IMG/VR virus record: IMGVR_UViG_3300036790_000814
Coordinates: 1-62,252 of that record
Strand: one strand, 5' to 3'
DNA: 62,252 bases
Source: a virus
Taxonomy: Duplodnaviria; Caudoviricetes
The translations under genes and the position numbers were made by a program. Shown here piece after piece: positions 28,041 to 38,181 of this stretch (positions are counted from its first letter, which is position 1; every line of letters starts with the position of its first letter). The notes below the pieces were generated by a model. It made no database searches and was not told the DNA's origin. It saw nothing but the letters and a program-made list of their open reading frames with translations.

Positions 28041-28369
28041 TGAGTAATCTATCCGTAATCGTAGTCGATGAAATAGACGATAAGGAAGCATCGCCGGATG
28101 GCCAGCATTTTCTGAGCAATCAAGCACCTGGCACTATCTCGTGGAGCAACTGGTACAACAGCGATGAGGTGGCTGGTTGTTTCTATGTGTGCCCGTGCGG
28201 TTGCAGGGTTGTTGGATTCCTGTCTGTTCGCTCAGCAATGCGGCAAGAAAGTCCATCGTGGGAGTGGAACGGAGATAAAGATAAGCCGACGATGAAGCCA
28301 AGCATTCAGAAAACATCGCCATGCAAATGGCACGGCTATCTCACTGACGGCGTTTTCAAGAGTTGCTGA
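28040..28369 (+). CDS. DUF6527-family Cys/His protein
   Basis: CPCGC......W.WNG....PT..PSI.....C.WHG....G. Confidence 0.7.
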   Translation: MSNLSVIVVDEIDDKEASPDGQHFLSNQAPGTISWSNWYNSDEVAGCFYVCPCGCRVVGFLSVRSAMRQESPSWEWNGDKDKPTMKPSIQKTSPCKWHGYLTDGVFKSC

Positions 28370-28371
28370 CC

Positions 28372-29217
28372 ATGGCTGATGTATCGGACGTTCAAAGCGC
28401 CATCGTCACGCTGGTTTCAGCCGCGATCTACCCGAACGGCACGGGTCAGGCTTCGGTGGCCGGTGTTCCGGTCGTGATCTACCCCGGATGGCCGGACAGC
28501 GACACGCTGACCGCCGATCTGGCGGCCGAAAAATGCCATGTCACCGTCTTTGCAGGGCGGGATGAGCGCAATACCACGCGCTTTCCGGTTTCGCAGCAGG
28601 TGACGGCCAATCCAGCACCTTCCCTGACGCTCTCCGTGGCGGGGCAGGTGGTCACGGTAGGCGGCACGGTATCCACCCCCCAGAACGTCATGCTCCTGGT
28701 GAACGGGAAGTCCTACGCTCACGCCGTTCAGGCCAATGACACGCTGGACACGATCGCGGCGGCGCTGGCCGCGCTTGTGGCGACCCATGTCTCCGGCACC
28801 TCCGCTACAGGCGCGGCAATCACCATAGGCCCTACGGGCTTCATCGGAGCGGCGAGGGCGGGGGGCTTCGGGACGGTCGCGACCGAATGGAAGCGGCAGG
28901 AACGGATATTCACCGTCACGGTGTGGGCGGACACGCCCGCGCACCGGGATGCACTCGCCGGCGCTGCCGACGTGGCGCTGGCAAGCCAGACCTTCCTGAC
29001 GATGCCGGACAGTTTCAAGGCGAGGATCCGCTACCGGGGATCGCCGCAGACCGACGCACTACAAAAGGAAACGCTCTACCGGCGCGACCTGAAATACGCC
29101 GTGGAATTTGCCACGACAGAGGTCAGCCAACTCGCGCAAGTCATCATCCCGTCCGTCAGTGTCACGGCCGGGGTCATCACCGATTCAAGCACGCCGATCA
29201 ACACGACTTATTTTTGA
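28372..29217 (+). CDS. Tail terminator/completion-like protein
   Basis: MAD.SDV...A.YPNG.....YPGWP...L..DL; LYRRDL.Y.VE; precedes the sheath. Confidence 0.65.
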   Translation: MADVSDVQSAIVTLVSAAIYPNGTGQASVAGVPVVIYPGWPDSDTLTADLAAEKCHVTVFAGRDERNTTRFPVSQQVTANPAPSLTLSVAGQVVTVGGTVSTPQNVMLLVNGKSYAHAVQANDTLDTIAAALAALVATHVSGTSATGAAITIGPTGFIGAARAGGFGTVATEWKRQERIFTVTVWADTPAHRDALAGAADVALASQTFLTMPDSFKARIRYRGSPQTDALQKETLYRRDLKYAVEFATTEVSQLAQVIIPSVSVTAGVITDSSTPINTTYF

Positions 29218-29228
29218 AGGAGCCTGTC

Positions 29229-29372
29229 ATGCAAGTCCTGACCGTCATTCACGCCTTTGGCGACTATCCGCGCGGCCACAAGATTACCGATCCGACTGAA
29301 ATCGCCAGGGTTCTTGAAGGCGAGAACGCCCGCAGTGTCGTCAAAACGGAAGAGCCGGCGCCGCAGGAATAA
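29229..29372 (+). CDS. Small pre-sheath protein (47 aa)
   Basis: AAGGAG RBS; L.V.HAFG.Y.RG..ITD. Confidence 0.6.
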   Translation: MQVLTVIHAFGDYPRGHKITDPTEIARVLEGENARSVVKTEEPAPQE

Positions 29373-29405
29373 CGGCCATCCCGATTTCACACAGGAGTTT
29401 AAGCA

Positions 29406-30950
29406 ATGCCCATTTATGACCTCGGCGCCCTCAACACGACTGCCCTTCAAGCGCCTGACTTGTATATCCAGAAAGTCCCTCCCCAGACCCTCTACATCAA
29501 TGGCGTTCCGACCGACATTCTCGGCCTGGCCGGCGTTGGTTCATGGGGGCCGGTCGATAGCCCGATCCTTGCGCAGGGCGATACCTTCGGCTCGGTCACG
29601 GTTCGTAAATATGACCTGGCTTCGGCCATCGCCATATCGGCGCAGGTGGGGGCAAACAACATCCGCGCCGTGCGCGTTACGGATGGCACGGATGCGGCTG
29701 CAACATGCGCGCTGAAGGACACGCAGGGTTCCCCCGTCACCGGCGCGACGCTTACCACGATCTACACCGGCATCGTCGGTAACGGCCTCTCGGCGGCGAT
29801 CACGACCGGCACGGCCGCCAGCACCTACAAGCTGACGATCAACCGCCCCGGCTACACCTCCGAGGTATATGACAATATCCCCGGCTCCGGTTCGACCTTC
29901 TGGACGAACCTGGTCAGCGCGGTGAACAACGGCCAGAGCGGATTCCGCGGCCCCTCGCAGCTCGTCGTCGCCACGATCGGCAGCAGCACCAATGTTCCCA
30001 ACACCTCCACCAGTTTCACCTTTTCCGGCGGCCTCGACGGCGCCTCAGGGGTGACGGACACCACCCTGGTCGGCACCGACAACGTTGCCGCCGCCTCGCG
30101 CACCGGCATGTATTGCCTGCGGGGTTCCGGTGCTCAAGTCCTGAACCTGATCGACCTGACAACCTCAAGCCAGTGGCCGAACATCGCCGCCTTCGCCGAT
30201 GCGGAAGGCATGTATGTCCCTTGCCAGGGGCCGGCGGGCGCATCGTACAGCACGGTGGCCACATCCCTCTCCACGGCAGGCGTGGACGATCCATCCATCA
30301 AGACGATGGTGGGCGACTGGATTTACTGGCAGGACAACGTCAACGGCGTGCAGCGCCTTATGGCTCCGGCCACATGGGTCGCCGCCGAGCTTGCGAACCT
30401 TTCTCCGCAGCTCTCTACCCTGAACAAGCAGCTTCCCGCCATTATCGGCACGCAGCGCGCGCTGCAAAACCAGCCCTACAGTACGGCGGAGATCGGCGCA
30501 GTCGCCACCTCCCGCCTCGATGTCATCACCAACCCATGCCCCGGCGGGTCGTATTTTGGCTGCCGGACGGGGCGCAATTCGTCCTCCGACCCGACGCGCA
30601 ACGGCGACAACTACACGCGCATGACGAACTACCTGGCGCTGACTCTGGCGTCGGCGTTCGGTTTTGTCATCGGCCAGCCGCAGACCACGACCCTCCGCAA
30701 TGACTGTAAGGCGGCGATCGATTTCTTCCTCGCCAACCTTGAAGACGAAGGGATGATCGGGAATGTGAACGGGGGGCCTGCTTTCTCCGTCACGCTCGAT
30801 GCCACGGATAACCCGGATAGTCAGGTGGCGCTTGGTTACATGCAGGCCGACGTGCAGGTGAAGTATCTCAGCATTGTCTGGTTTTTCATCATCAATCTGG
30901 AAGGCGGCCAGACGGTCTCCGTCCGCCTCGCCAACACGCTTTCACAATAA
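29406..30950 (+). CDS. Tail sheath protein
   Basis: LNTTAL..PDLY.Q...G...WGP; YTRMTNY; N.....ALGYMQADV.V.Y. Confidence 0.92.
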   Translation: MPIYDLGALNTTALQAPDLYIQKVPPQTLYINGVPTDILGLAGVGSWGPVDSPILAQGDTFGSVTVRKYDLASAIAISAQVGANNIRAVRVTDGTDAAATCALKDTQGSPVTGATLTTIYTGIVGNGLSAAITTGTAASTYKLTINRPGYTSEVYDNIPGSGSTFWTNLVSAVNNGQSGFRGPSQLVVATIGSSTNVPNTSTSFTFSGGLDGASGVTDTTLVGTDNVAAASRTGMYCLRGSGAQVLNLIDLTTSSQWPNIAAFADAEGMYVPCQGPAGASYSTVATSLSTAGVDDPSIKTMVGDWIYWQDNVNGVQRLMAPATWVAAELANLSPQLSTLNKQLPAIIGTQRALQNQPYSTAEIGAVATSRLDVITNPCPGGSYFGCRTGRNSSSDPTRNGDNYTRMTNYLALTLASAFGFVIGQPQTTTLRNDCKAAIDFFLANLEDEGMIGNVNGGPAFSVTLDATDNPDSQVALGYMQADVQVKYLSIVWFFIINLEGGQTVSVRLANTLSQ

Positions 30951-30966
30951 GATCGGAGCCTAAGTC

Positions 30967-31401
30967 ATGTCAGTGAACGGATTTACCACAGGCCGCGACA
31001 TTACGCTGTCCATCCAGACGCCAGGCGGTACGTTGCCTGTCACGGCCAACATTACCAACTTCAACGCGAATCCGGCCTATACCGACCTCAAGGCGAAGAT
31101 GCTGGATGGCACCACGCGCCATGGGGTGATACCCGATTGCTGGGAGGGGTCGTTCGATATCGAGCGCTTCGACCCCACGCTGGATAACTACTTCGCCCAG
31201 TATGAGGACGACTATTACAACCAGAACCCCATAAGCTCTGGCACGATCTATGAGACGATCAGCGAAGCGGACAGTTCCATCACGCAATGGCGCTACACGG
31301 GTGTCACCCTGAAGCTGACGAAAGCCGGTGATTACGCCGGGGACAAGCAGGTGCAGCAGAGCGTTATGTTCCGCGCCGAACGCCGCATCAAGGTGGCATA
31401 A
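30967..31401 (+). CDS. Tail tube protein
   Basis: 144 aa directly after the sheath; W.GSF..ER, I.ETI.E. Confidence 0.85.
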   Translation: MSVNGFTTGRDITLSIQTPGGTLPVTANITNFNANPAYTDLKAKMLDGTTRHGVIPDCWEGSFDIERFDPTLDNYFAQYEDDYYNQNPISSGTIYETISEADSSITQWRYTGVTLKLTKAGDYAGDKQVQQSVMFRAERRIKVA

Positions 31402-31402
31402 C

Positions 31403-31783
31403 ATGGCAAAAGTCACGCTCGGCCCGAAGGCCGAAACCCCGACTGAGGCCGTGGTGAACGCCGCCAATGCGACGGTCATGGTCACGGATGCAAAGGGCAG
31501 GCAGATCACCGTCAAAAAAATCGGCGCTCTGGATCGCATGCGCCTGTTTGAACTCATCGGACCGGATAACGTGAAGAACGAAGCCTATCTCGGCTATGCC
31601 ACGCTCGCCTACGCGGCTGTAAAAATCGATGGCGAGGACGTGCCGCGCCCTACGTCAAAGCTTGCTCTCGAAGGGCTTGTGCAAAGGCTCGACGATGATG
31701 GGCTGGCCTCTGTCGCCAAGGCGATAGCTAAGAACTTCATGCCTCCCGTTGAAGATATCCGGGACAAAGTAAAAAACGGGTAG
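31403..31783 (+). CDS. Tail assembly chaperone (G)
   Basis: Between tube and tape measure; ends in slippery A AAA AAC. Confidence 0.8.
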   Translation: MAKVTLGPKAETPTEAVVNAANATVMVTDAKGRQITVKKIGALDRMRLFELIGPDNVKNEAYLGYATLAYAAVKIDGEDVPRPTSKLALEGLVQRLDDDGLASVAKAIAKNFMPPVEDIRDKVKNG

Positions 31784-31950
31784 AGCACCCTCTTCTTGTC
31801 TCCTGTCTTTGGCTTGTCAAAAACGGGGTGCCTTACGACGTGGCGTTCAGCCTCGATGACATCGAGCGGTCGGCTTACGAAATCATCCTTGGAAAAATGG
31901 AAGGGAATCAGTGGGACTTTAGCGCGTGGCGCTGGAAAGAGCGCACATGA
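31771..31950 (+). CDS. -1 frameshift extension of the tail chaperone (GT product)
   Basis: The -1 frame after AAAAAAC is open: RVEHPLLVSCLWLVKNGVPYDVAF...WKERT*, and its stop overlaps the next ATG. Confidence 0.8.
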   Translation, partial: KKRVEHPLLVSCLWLVKNGVPYDVAFSLDDIERSAYEIILGKMEGNQWDFSAWRWKERT

Positions 31951-32405
31951 AGGAATTTACGCTGGACGGATTTGCGAAACACCTTGATGGTTTGGTCGCG
32001 GGGATGCCAGCCCTCGAACTGGCGATGCTCGAAACAATAGGCGTCACGGTCGAGAACGCAGCAAAGGACAAGATCGGGGACTATCAGGCGGAAGCCGGGC
32101 CGTTTGAAGCATGGGCACCCCTAACCGAAGGGACACAGGACGAACGCGAGCGCAAGGGTTACGCGCCGGATGAGCCCCTGCTGCGCACCGGCGAGCTTCG
32201 CGCGTCGATCACGCATCGTGTCGAACCGCCAGTTGTTGAAATCGGTTCCGATGACCCGATAGCCGAATATCAGGAATTGGGAACGAAGAACATCCCGCCA
32301 CGGTCGTTCCTCGGCGGCGCGGCTTTCGAGCAAGCGCCGAAGCTGACAGCGGAATTGGGCAAGGAGATGGAGCTTTACCTCGCTGGCCTGACGGAAACGA
32401 AATAG
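31947..32405 (+). CDS. HK97 gp10-like virion morphogenesis protein
   Basis: PLLRTGELRASI...IGS....A.YQELGT..IPPRSFLG. Confidence 0.75.
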   Translation: MKEFTLDGFAKHLDGLVAGMPALELAMLETIGVTVENAAKDKIGDYQAEAGPFEAWAPLTEGTQDERERKGYAPDEPLLRTGELRASITHRVEPPVVEIGSDDPIAEYQELGTKNIPPRSFLGGAAFEQAPKLTAELGKEMELYLAGLTETK

Positions 32406-32414
32406 GGAGCGAGC

Positions 32415-34025
32415 ATGGAAGCCTATAGAGTTGGCGTCACCTTCGCCCTGAACAACCTGGTCAGCGCCGAACTGGCGAAGATGACGGGCCAGTTTCTCGA
32501 AGCGAACGACGCAGCGAAGGCGCTGAGCGCCACACTCAAGACGCTCGATTTCGGTGCATCGGCGACGATGGCTGTATCAGCCAGCGCTACGGCAATGGGC
32601 GACGCCTTCAAATACGCCTCGGTCGAAATCGACGGAGTGCGGGCGAAGCTGGTGACCATGAACGCTGCCGCAGGCGCGGGAGGCGGTGCACGGCATGGTG
32701 GTGGTGGCCTGCTCGCTGCCTTATCAAGACCTGGCCCGCTCATTGCGATAGCCACGGGCTATGAAGCCCTCAAGGGCGGCATGTCGATGGAAGACATGAT
32801 CGCCCGCGCCATGATTGCCATGGGCCTGCCGGTCGGGCCGAATTATATGGCGTCTCAGGTTGCTGCCGGGATTCAGCGGTCGGTCTTCAGCACTTCGACC
32901 GGCTACGGCGTGTCGATGGGCGATACGGAAGACGCGGCGCTTCAGGCGATGCGCGCGCTTGCTCCCCTGACGCCAGACCAACGCCTCGCGCTTCTGCCGT
33001 CGATTATGAATTTTGCCGGAGCGGAAGTGCTCGGCAAGCATGGGACAACCATGCAGGAAGCGGCGGAGGCTGGTATCGCGCTGGCGCACCAGCTCAGGGC
33101 CTACTCGCCTGAGCAGATCGAACCGCTCCTTGGCGCGTTCGCCAAGCTGTCGATGGCCTCGCCGCAAAGCCTCGCGCAGATGGCGCGGGCGTCGAGCTAC
33201 TATCTGCCCCTGCTGACGGCAGGGCTCGGCATGGATCCGTCTGAACTCATGGCTTTGGGTACGGTCGGCTCGCAGATGGGGCTGAACACGAAGGCCGGCA
33301 CCTGGCTGGCGCGGATGTTCCAGTCCCCGTTCACCGCAGACCTGACCGGGAAACGGCAAAAGGAAAGGCTGCATGCGCTTGAGGCGCTTGGCCTTGTCGA
33401 AGGCGGCAAATTCGCCACCAATGACCCAATAGAATTTCTGCAGATCATGGCGGAACACGCCGGTTCCATGTCGCCTCCGCAGCGCATGTCCGCTTACGTT
33501 GCGGCCTTCGGGCAACAGGGGGCGCGCGCAGCATCTATCTATACCGACCCGGCGGTGATGAAGAATCTGCTTGGATTGACCCAGGGACTGCGCGGCGCTC
33601 CGACACCGGAAGCTCTGCGCGGCCAATATGCCAACTCGCCGTTGGTGCAATTTCACCAAGCCGAGTCAGATTTGAGCAAAGCCTTCACGCAACTTGGTGA
33701 AGCGTTGATGCCGGAAGCAACGATCGCTCTCAAGGGATTCAGCGTCGTTGTCGAGGGTATCGCCAAGATACTAAGCGCACCCGAATGGCTCGGCGCAAAG
33801 GCCGCGGCAGGCGTGAGGGCCGGATATAACTGGGCTACGGGTGGCGGATCAACCGTACCGACATCAGCCGCTAGCCAGGCCGTTGTCATCCAGCACCAGA
33901 CAAATCTTGATGGCCGTGCCATCGCCCAAAGCACGACGCGCTATCAGCTTGACGGGCTAGCGAAGGCACCTGCCTCCGGCAATAACTTCGATCTGCGGGC
34001 TACTCCGCTAGCGACGGGGTTCTGA
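32415..34025 (+). CDS. Tape measure protein (536 aa)
   Basis: Ala/Gly-rich helical protein; AGT.L..M motif; gene position. Confidence 0.82.
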   Translation: MEAYRVGVTFALNNLVSAELAKMTGQFLEANDAAKALSATLKTLDFGASATMAVSASATAMGDAFKYASVEIDGVRAKLVTMNAAAGAGGGARHGGGGLLAALSRPGPLIAIATGYEALKGGMSMEDMIARAMIAMGLPVGPNYMASQVAAGIQRSVFSTSTGYGVSMGDTEDAALQAMRALAPLTPDQRLALLPSIMNFAGAEVLGKHGTTMQEAAEAGIALAHQLRAYSPEQIEPLLGAFAKLSMASPQSLAQMARASSYYLPLLTAGLGMDPSELMALGTVGSQMGLNTKAGTWLARMFQSPFTADLTGKRQKERLHALEALGLVEGGKFATNDPIEFLQIMAEHAGSMSPPQRMSAYVAAFGQQGARAASIYTDPAVMKNLLGLTQGLRGAPTPEALRGQYANSPLVQFHQAESDLSKAFTQLGEALMPEATIALKGFSVVVEGIAKILSAPEWLGAKAAAGVRAGYNWATGGGSTVPTSAASQAVVIQHQTNLDGRAIAQSTTRYQLDGLAKAPASGNNFDLRATPLATGF

Positions 34026-34792
34026 TGGCTGTCGTTCTCACCCTCGGCCCGCTGCTCTTCGCTGATTTTGAGGTGCCGGAGCGGATCAACGTCGGCGGCG
34101 AGCAAATGCTTGTCGTCCACAAGCTGGTGGGCGGTTCGCGCGTTATTGACGCCATGGGGCGGGACGACGCGGACATCAAATGGTCGGGCCGGTTCCGGGG
34201 GAGTGCGGCCGAAGTCCGCGCGCGGCTGGCTGATTTCACCCGTGTTCAGGGCCAGCCGATGGTTCTGGCGTGGTCAACCTTCCGCTACAACGTGCTGGTC
34301 AAGGCGTTCCACGCCGATTTCGAGCAGCAATACGAGATACCTTATTCGATCACCTGTCAGGTCGTCCAAGACCTGACCAGCCCGATCCTGACGGCGTTGC
34401 TCGGCCTTGATGCGGCGATCACCACGGATCTGAACCAGGTCGTGCAGATCGGCGCGCAGATCAACATCCCCGGCATTACCTCGGCGGTGTCGGGAGTCAC
34501 CTCGGCGGTAAGCGCCGTCCAGACCTTCGAGGGGGCGGCATCCTCCGTCACCTCCGGCGCTCTTTCAGCCATCGACCTCGCACAGGGGGCTGTCACGGGT
34601 CAGCAAAGCCTTCTGAATGGGGTGGTGGAAGCCTCCGGCAATGTGGCGGGGGCGGTCGCTGGGGCGGCCCCTGCGAGCCTCATAAGCTCGCTCACGGCGC
34701 AAGCGTCGGCCTTCAGCCAATTGGGGCTGCTCTCGCAGGCGCAAGCCTATCTGGGGCGCATGGCGGTCAACGTAGGGCAGGGAGGGTCATAG
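34025..34792 (+). CDS. Tail tube initiator/baseplate-related protein
   Basis: L.LG...F.DFEVPE.I..GG.Q...VHKL.GG.R.IDAMG.D. Confidence 0.7.
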   Translation: MAVVLTLGPLLFADFEVPERINVGGEQMLVVHKLVGGSRVIDAMGRDDADIKWSGRFRGSAAEVRARLADFTRVQGQPMVLAWSTFRYNVLVKAFHADFEQQYEIPYSITCQVVQDLTSPILTALLGLDAAITTDLNQVVQIGAQINIPGITSAVSGVTSAVSAVQTFEGAASSVTSGALSAIDLAQGAVTGQQSLLNGVVEASGNVAGAVAGAAPASLISSLTAQASAFSQLGLLSQAQAYLGRMAVNVGQGGS

Positions 34793-34793
34793 G

Positions 34794-34979
34794 ATGCGCA
34801 CCGTCACAGTCGCCGGCGGCGATCTCTACCATGTGGCCCTGCAATATCTGGGGGATGCAACTCAATGGTCGCGGATCGCTCAGGCGAATAACCTGCTTGA
34901 TCCGGTGATTACCGGTATCGTCACCCTGCAAATACCTTCGGTGAATCCGACCCTTACCGGGGGCGTGCTTGCTCTTTAG
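34794..34979 (+). CDS. LysM/gpX-like tail protein
   Basis: TV.GG.L..VA..YLGDATQW.RIA..N.L.DP......L.IP. Confidence 0.78.
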   Translation: MRTVTVAGGDLYHVALQYLGDATQWSRIAQANNLLDPVITGIVTLQIPSVNPTLTGGVLAL

Positions 34980-36090
34980 CGACCAGCAACAATCCGCGCC
35001 TCAGGTCAGGCAATCGACATTCAACGTCCAGGTCAACGATACCATTCCCCTGACGGGCGTCACGGAAATCGAGGTCACGAACGCCAGCCACTTTTCGGCG
35101 GATACCTTCCGGCTGAAGGCGGCGATCAACGGGCTGCCGTCCAATCTCGGCCTCAACTATTGGGACGGGTCGGCCGGAGATAACGTCGAGATATTCGCGG
35201 GCTTCAAGGATTTGGCGACGGGCGCGGCGCAATCGACCTCGCTCATTTACGGGCAGGTCGATGAAATCGACGTTGATCTGGTAACCCAGACGATCACGCT
35301 GGAGGGAAGGGATTTATCGGCGCAATTTCTGGACACAAAGCCGGATGCTGCCGGGCTAACGCCCCAATCCTATCAGGATCAGACCGCAAGCCAGATCGTG
35401 CAGACCCTCGCCAAGGCGCATGGCCTGCAAGCGCAGGTGACGCCGACGACAAACAAGGTCGGCGCTTATTATGAGTTGTATTACAATCAGCTGACGCACG
35501 CGCAATCCGAATGGGACTTGCTCGCGCTGCTCGCCCAACAGGAAAACTATGACATGTGGGTACAGGGGAAAACCCTGTACTTCCTGCCTCCGGTGCCATT
35601 GACGACCGACCCGTACATCCTGCGGTGGAATGCCGGTGGCCAAGGGGGTTACAGCGCGAATTTCGAGGATGCGCATCTGCACCGCAGCGAAACGCTCGGC
35701 AAGGATGTCATCGTCAGGGTCATAAGCTGGAACCAGGCGCAGGAAACGAAAATCACCGCGACGGCCAAGCGCGTCCAGGCGAACAAGAACCAAAGAGCCG
35801 GGGGCGCGGCGCAGACCTATACCTTCTACCCGCCGAACCTGAACCAAGCGCAGGCGACTCAATATGCCAACGCCAAGGCCGAAGAAATCACGCGACATGA
35901 GCGGATCATCAGCGGGAGCCTGCCGGGGGATAACCTCCTGACGCACCGCTCGCTTATGAAGCTCGTCGGCACCGGCACACAGTGGGATCAGGTGTATTTC
36001 GTGGACACGGTGACGCGGCATATCTCTTTTGAACATGGTTACCGCATGGAGTTCAGGGCGAAGAACCACAGCACGCAAAGCACCGAATGA
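34969..36090 (+). CDS. Baseplate hub (gpD/Mu gp44-like)
   Basis: ADTF...G.VD.......L.GRDL; S.WDLL..LA. Confidence 0.8.
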   Translation: MLFSDQQQSAPQVRQSTFNVQVNDTIPLTGVTEIEVTNASHFSADTFRLKAAINGLPSNLGLNYWDGSAGDNVEIFAGFKDLATGAAQSTSLIYGQVDEIDVDLVTQTITLEGRDLSAQFLDTKPDAAGLTPQSYQDQTASQIVQTLAKAHGLQAQVTPTTNKVGAYYELYYNQLTHAQSEWDLLALLAQQENYDMWVQGKTLYFLPPVPLTTDPYILRWNAGGQGGYSANFEDAHLHRSETLGKDVIVRVISWNQAQETKITATAKRVQANKNQRAGGAAQTYTFYPPNLNQAQATQYANAKAEEITRHERIISGSLPGDNLLTHRSLMKLVGTGTQWDQVYFVDTVTRHISFEHGYRMEFRAKNHSTQSTE

Positions 36091-36677
36091 TCGACAGACT
36101 CCGGAACATCATGCGCCTTGAAGCGCTCCGAGCGCTCGCGCATGTGACGCAGGCAAAGACGGGCATCGTCACGAATTACGATCCGGCGCATTACGCCGCA
36201 CGCGTCCAGCTTCAGCCCGAAGGCATCTTGACCGGGTACCTCCCGGTCACCTCGGCATGGGTCGGGAACGGATGGGGTCTGTACGCGCCACCGAATATCG
36301 GCGATGTGGTCGAGGTGCATTTCCAGCAAGGCAGCAAGGAAGCCGCTTTCATCGTCAATCGGTTCTACAGCACGAAGACGGTGCCTCTGGCGGTTCCGTC
36401 CGGCGAGTTCTGGCTCGTCCACCAGTCGGGAAGCTCCTTGAAGTTCACCAACGACGGGACAGTCACGGTCAACGCCAACACGAATATGACGCTGAACGCG
36501 CCGAACGGAACGCTCCGGCTCGCGGCGGAGAAAATTCAGGTTCACGCGACGGACGAATACCGCTTCGACGTGAATGGGCATGGCCAAGCATGGCTCCCGA
36601 CAAAGATCGACACATACCAGATTGGCGAGGTGGCGGGGGCGTCGAACAACATCAGCCCGCCGGAAATCGGGGATTGA
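36087..36677 (+). CDS. Baseplate spike (gpV-like)
   Basis: GIV..YDP....RV.LQPEG..TG.LP.....G.GWG...PP..GD.V.V.F. Confidence 0.85.
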   Translation: MIDRLRNIMRLEALRALAHVTQAKTGIVTNYDPAHYAARVQLQPEGILTGYLPVTSAWVGNGWGLYAPPNIGDVVEVHFQQGSKEAAFIVNRFYSTKTVPLAVPSGEFWLVHQSGSSLKFTNDGTVTVNANTNMTLNAPNGTLRLAAEKIQVHATDEYRFDVNGHGQAWLPTKIDTYQIGEVAGASNNISPPEIGD

Positions 36678-37043
36678 TTGAGTGACGTATCCCAGACCTG
36701 GGGCGATGATATCGATGTAAGCGCCAATGGGGATTTGCTCGTTGTCGATAGCCTTCTCCTGAGCGAACAGCGCGTTTTGCGTCGGCTTCTCACGAATCCG
36801 GGCGATTATATCTGGCATCCCGACTATGGGGCCGGGCTGCCCGCCATGATCGGCGAGCCGATCAACGTGGATACGGTCAAAGCCATCATCACGGCGCAGA
36901 TTTTCCTTGAGGATTCGGTCGTACGCGATCCGCCGCCGGTGGTCGATGTTTCGTCCATTCCGAACGGGATGTTTGTCAATATTCAGTACACCGAAGCGGA
37001 TTCGGGGCAACCCGTCACTTTGAGTTTCAGCGTCAACGCCTAG
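36678..37043 (+). CDS. Baseplate wedge/sheath initiator (gp25/Mu gp46-like)
   Basis: QRVLRRLLTNPGDYIWHP.YGAGL. Confidence 0.8.
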   Translation: MSDVSQTWGDDIDVSANGDLLVVDSLLLSEQRVLRRLLTNPGDYIWHPDYGAGLPAMIGEPINVDTVKAIITAQIFLEDSVVRDPPPVVDVSSIPNGMFVNIQYTEADSGQPVTLSFSVNA

Positions 37044-37050
37044 GTTTTAG

Positions 37051-38175
37051 ATGGCTAGCCTTCAGACTTATGATTTCACGTCGCTGGTGCGGAACACCGT
37101 CGCGGCGATACAGGCCGGATCGAGCAAGCTTATCAATCTCTCGGTCGGCTCCGTACTGCGCGCGCTGGTCGAAGCCGTGTCCGGCGTCATTCTCTGGCTG
37201 CAGGGCCTCGTCACCTATGTTCTGACGCTCACGCGCTTCGCCACAAGCTCCGGCTCCGATGCGGATAGCTGGGGCGCTGATTTCGGCTATGTTCGCCTGC
37301 TTTCGGCATTCGCTTCCGGCCAGGTCACCTTCTATCGCTTCACCGCAACTGCTCAAGCCGTCGTTCCCTTCGGCTCGGTCGTCCAGACCGCGGACGGAAC
37401 CCAAAGCTTCACGGTCGAGACGGACCCGACGAACCCGGCCTATAGCGAATCGCTGGGCGGCTATGTGCTGCCTATCAACACGTCAAGCGTCACCGTCACC
37501 GTGGTAGCGGTGAACGCCGGAACGCAGGGCAATGTAGCCGGCGGAACCATCACCTCGATGGGGCAGGGGATTCCGGGCATTGATACGGTGACGAACGCCA
37601 GCGCGTTCATCAACGGTATCGATGTCGAGGCCGATCCTTCTTACAAAACACGGTTTCCGCTCTGGCTTCAGGCGCTGTCAAAAGCGACGAAACTGGCGAT
37701 AGCTTCCGCCATCCTGAGCGTCGAAGCGAATCTCCGCTACACGATCACGGAAAACTACGACTACAACAATACATACGATCCAGGATTTTTCTACCTGGTC
37801 ATAGACGATGGAAGTGGCGATCCATCATCCGATCTGCTGAACAGCGTAGGGTCTGCCGTCGAAGCCGTGCGCGGTCTTGGCATACGTTATGCCGTGTTTG
37901 GTCCAAACGTCGTCACCGCGAACGTCAACATGACGCTCACAACGGCGAGCGGGTACGATCACCCCACGGTTGTCGGCCAGGTTGGAACGGCACTACAGAA
38001 TTTCATCAATGGCCTCACGATAGGCACCACACTGCCCTATTCGCAGCTTGCTGCGGTCGCCTACAGCATTCCCGGAGTGACAAACGCTACATCGATCACG
38101 CTCAACAGCGGAACCTCGGATCTTACCGCCACGAATCAGCAAACGATTCGCGCGGGCACAATTACCGTCGCGTGA
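37051..38175 (+). CDS. Baseplate J protein
   Basis: GSVLRAL.EA...A.G.VTF...G..GNV..G.I......NG.D.E.D. Confidence 0.9.
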   Translation: MASLQTYDFTSLVRNTVAAIQAGSSKLINLSVGSVLRALVEAVSGVILWLQGLVTYVLTLTRFATSSGSDADSWGADFGYVRLLSAFASGQVTFYRFTATAQAVVPFGSVVQTADGTQSFTVETDPTNPAYSESLGGYVLPINTSSVTVTVVAVNAGTQGNVAGGTITSMGQGIPGIDTVTNASAFINGIDVEADPSYKTRFPLWLQALSKATKLAIASAILSVEANLRYTITENYDYNNTYDPGFFYLVIDDGSGDPSSDLLNSVGSAVEAVRGLGIRYAVFGPNVVTANVNMTLTTASGYDHPTVVGQVGTALQNFINGLTIGTTLPYSQLAAVAYSIPGVTNATSITLNSGTSDLTATNQQTIRAGTITVA

Positions 38176-38181
38176 TCTGAC

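Noticed and set aside
31796-31987. ORF-track 63-aa ORF after the tail chaperone
   Set aside because: Wrong frame; the protein-like sequence is the -1 frameshift frame ending at 31950
32724-37010. Long - strand ORFs (311, 240 and 323 aa) in the tail region
   Set aside because: Antisense to tape measure and baseplate genes; expected at high GC3
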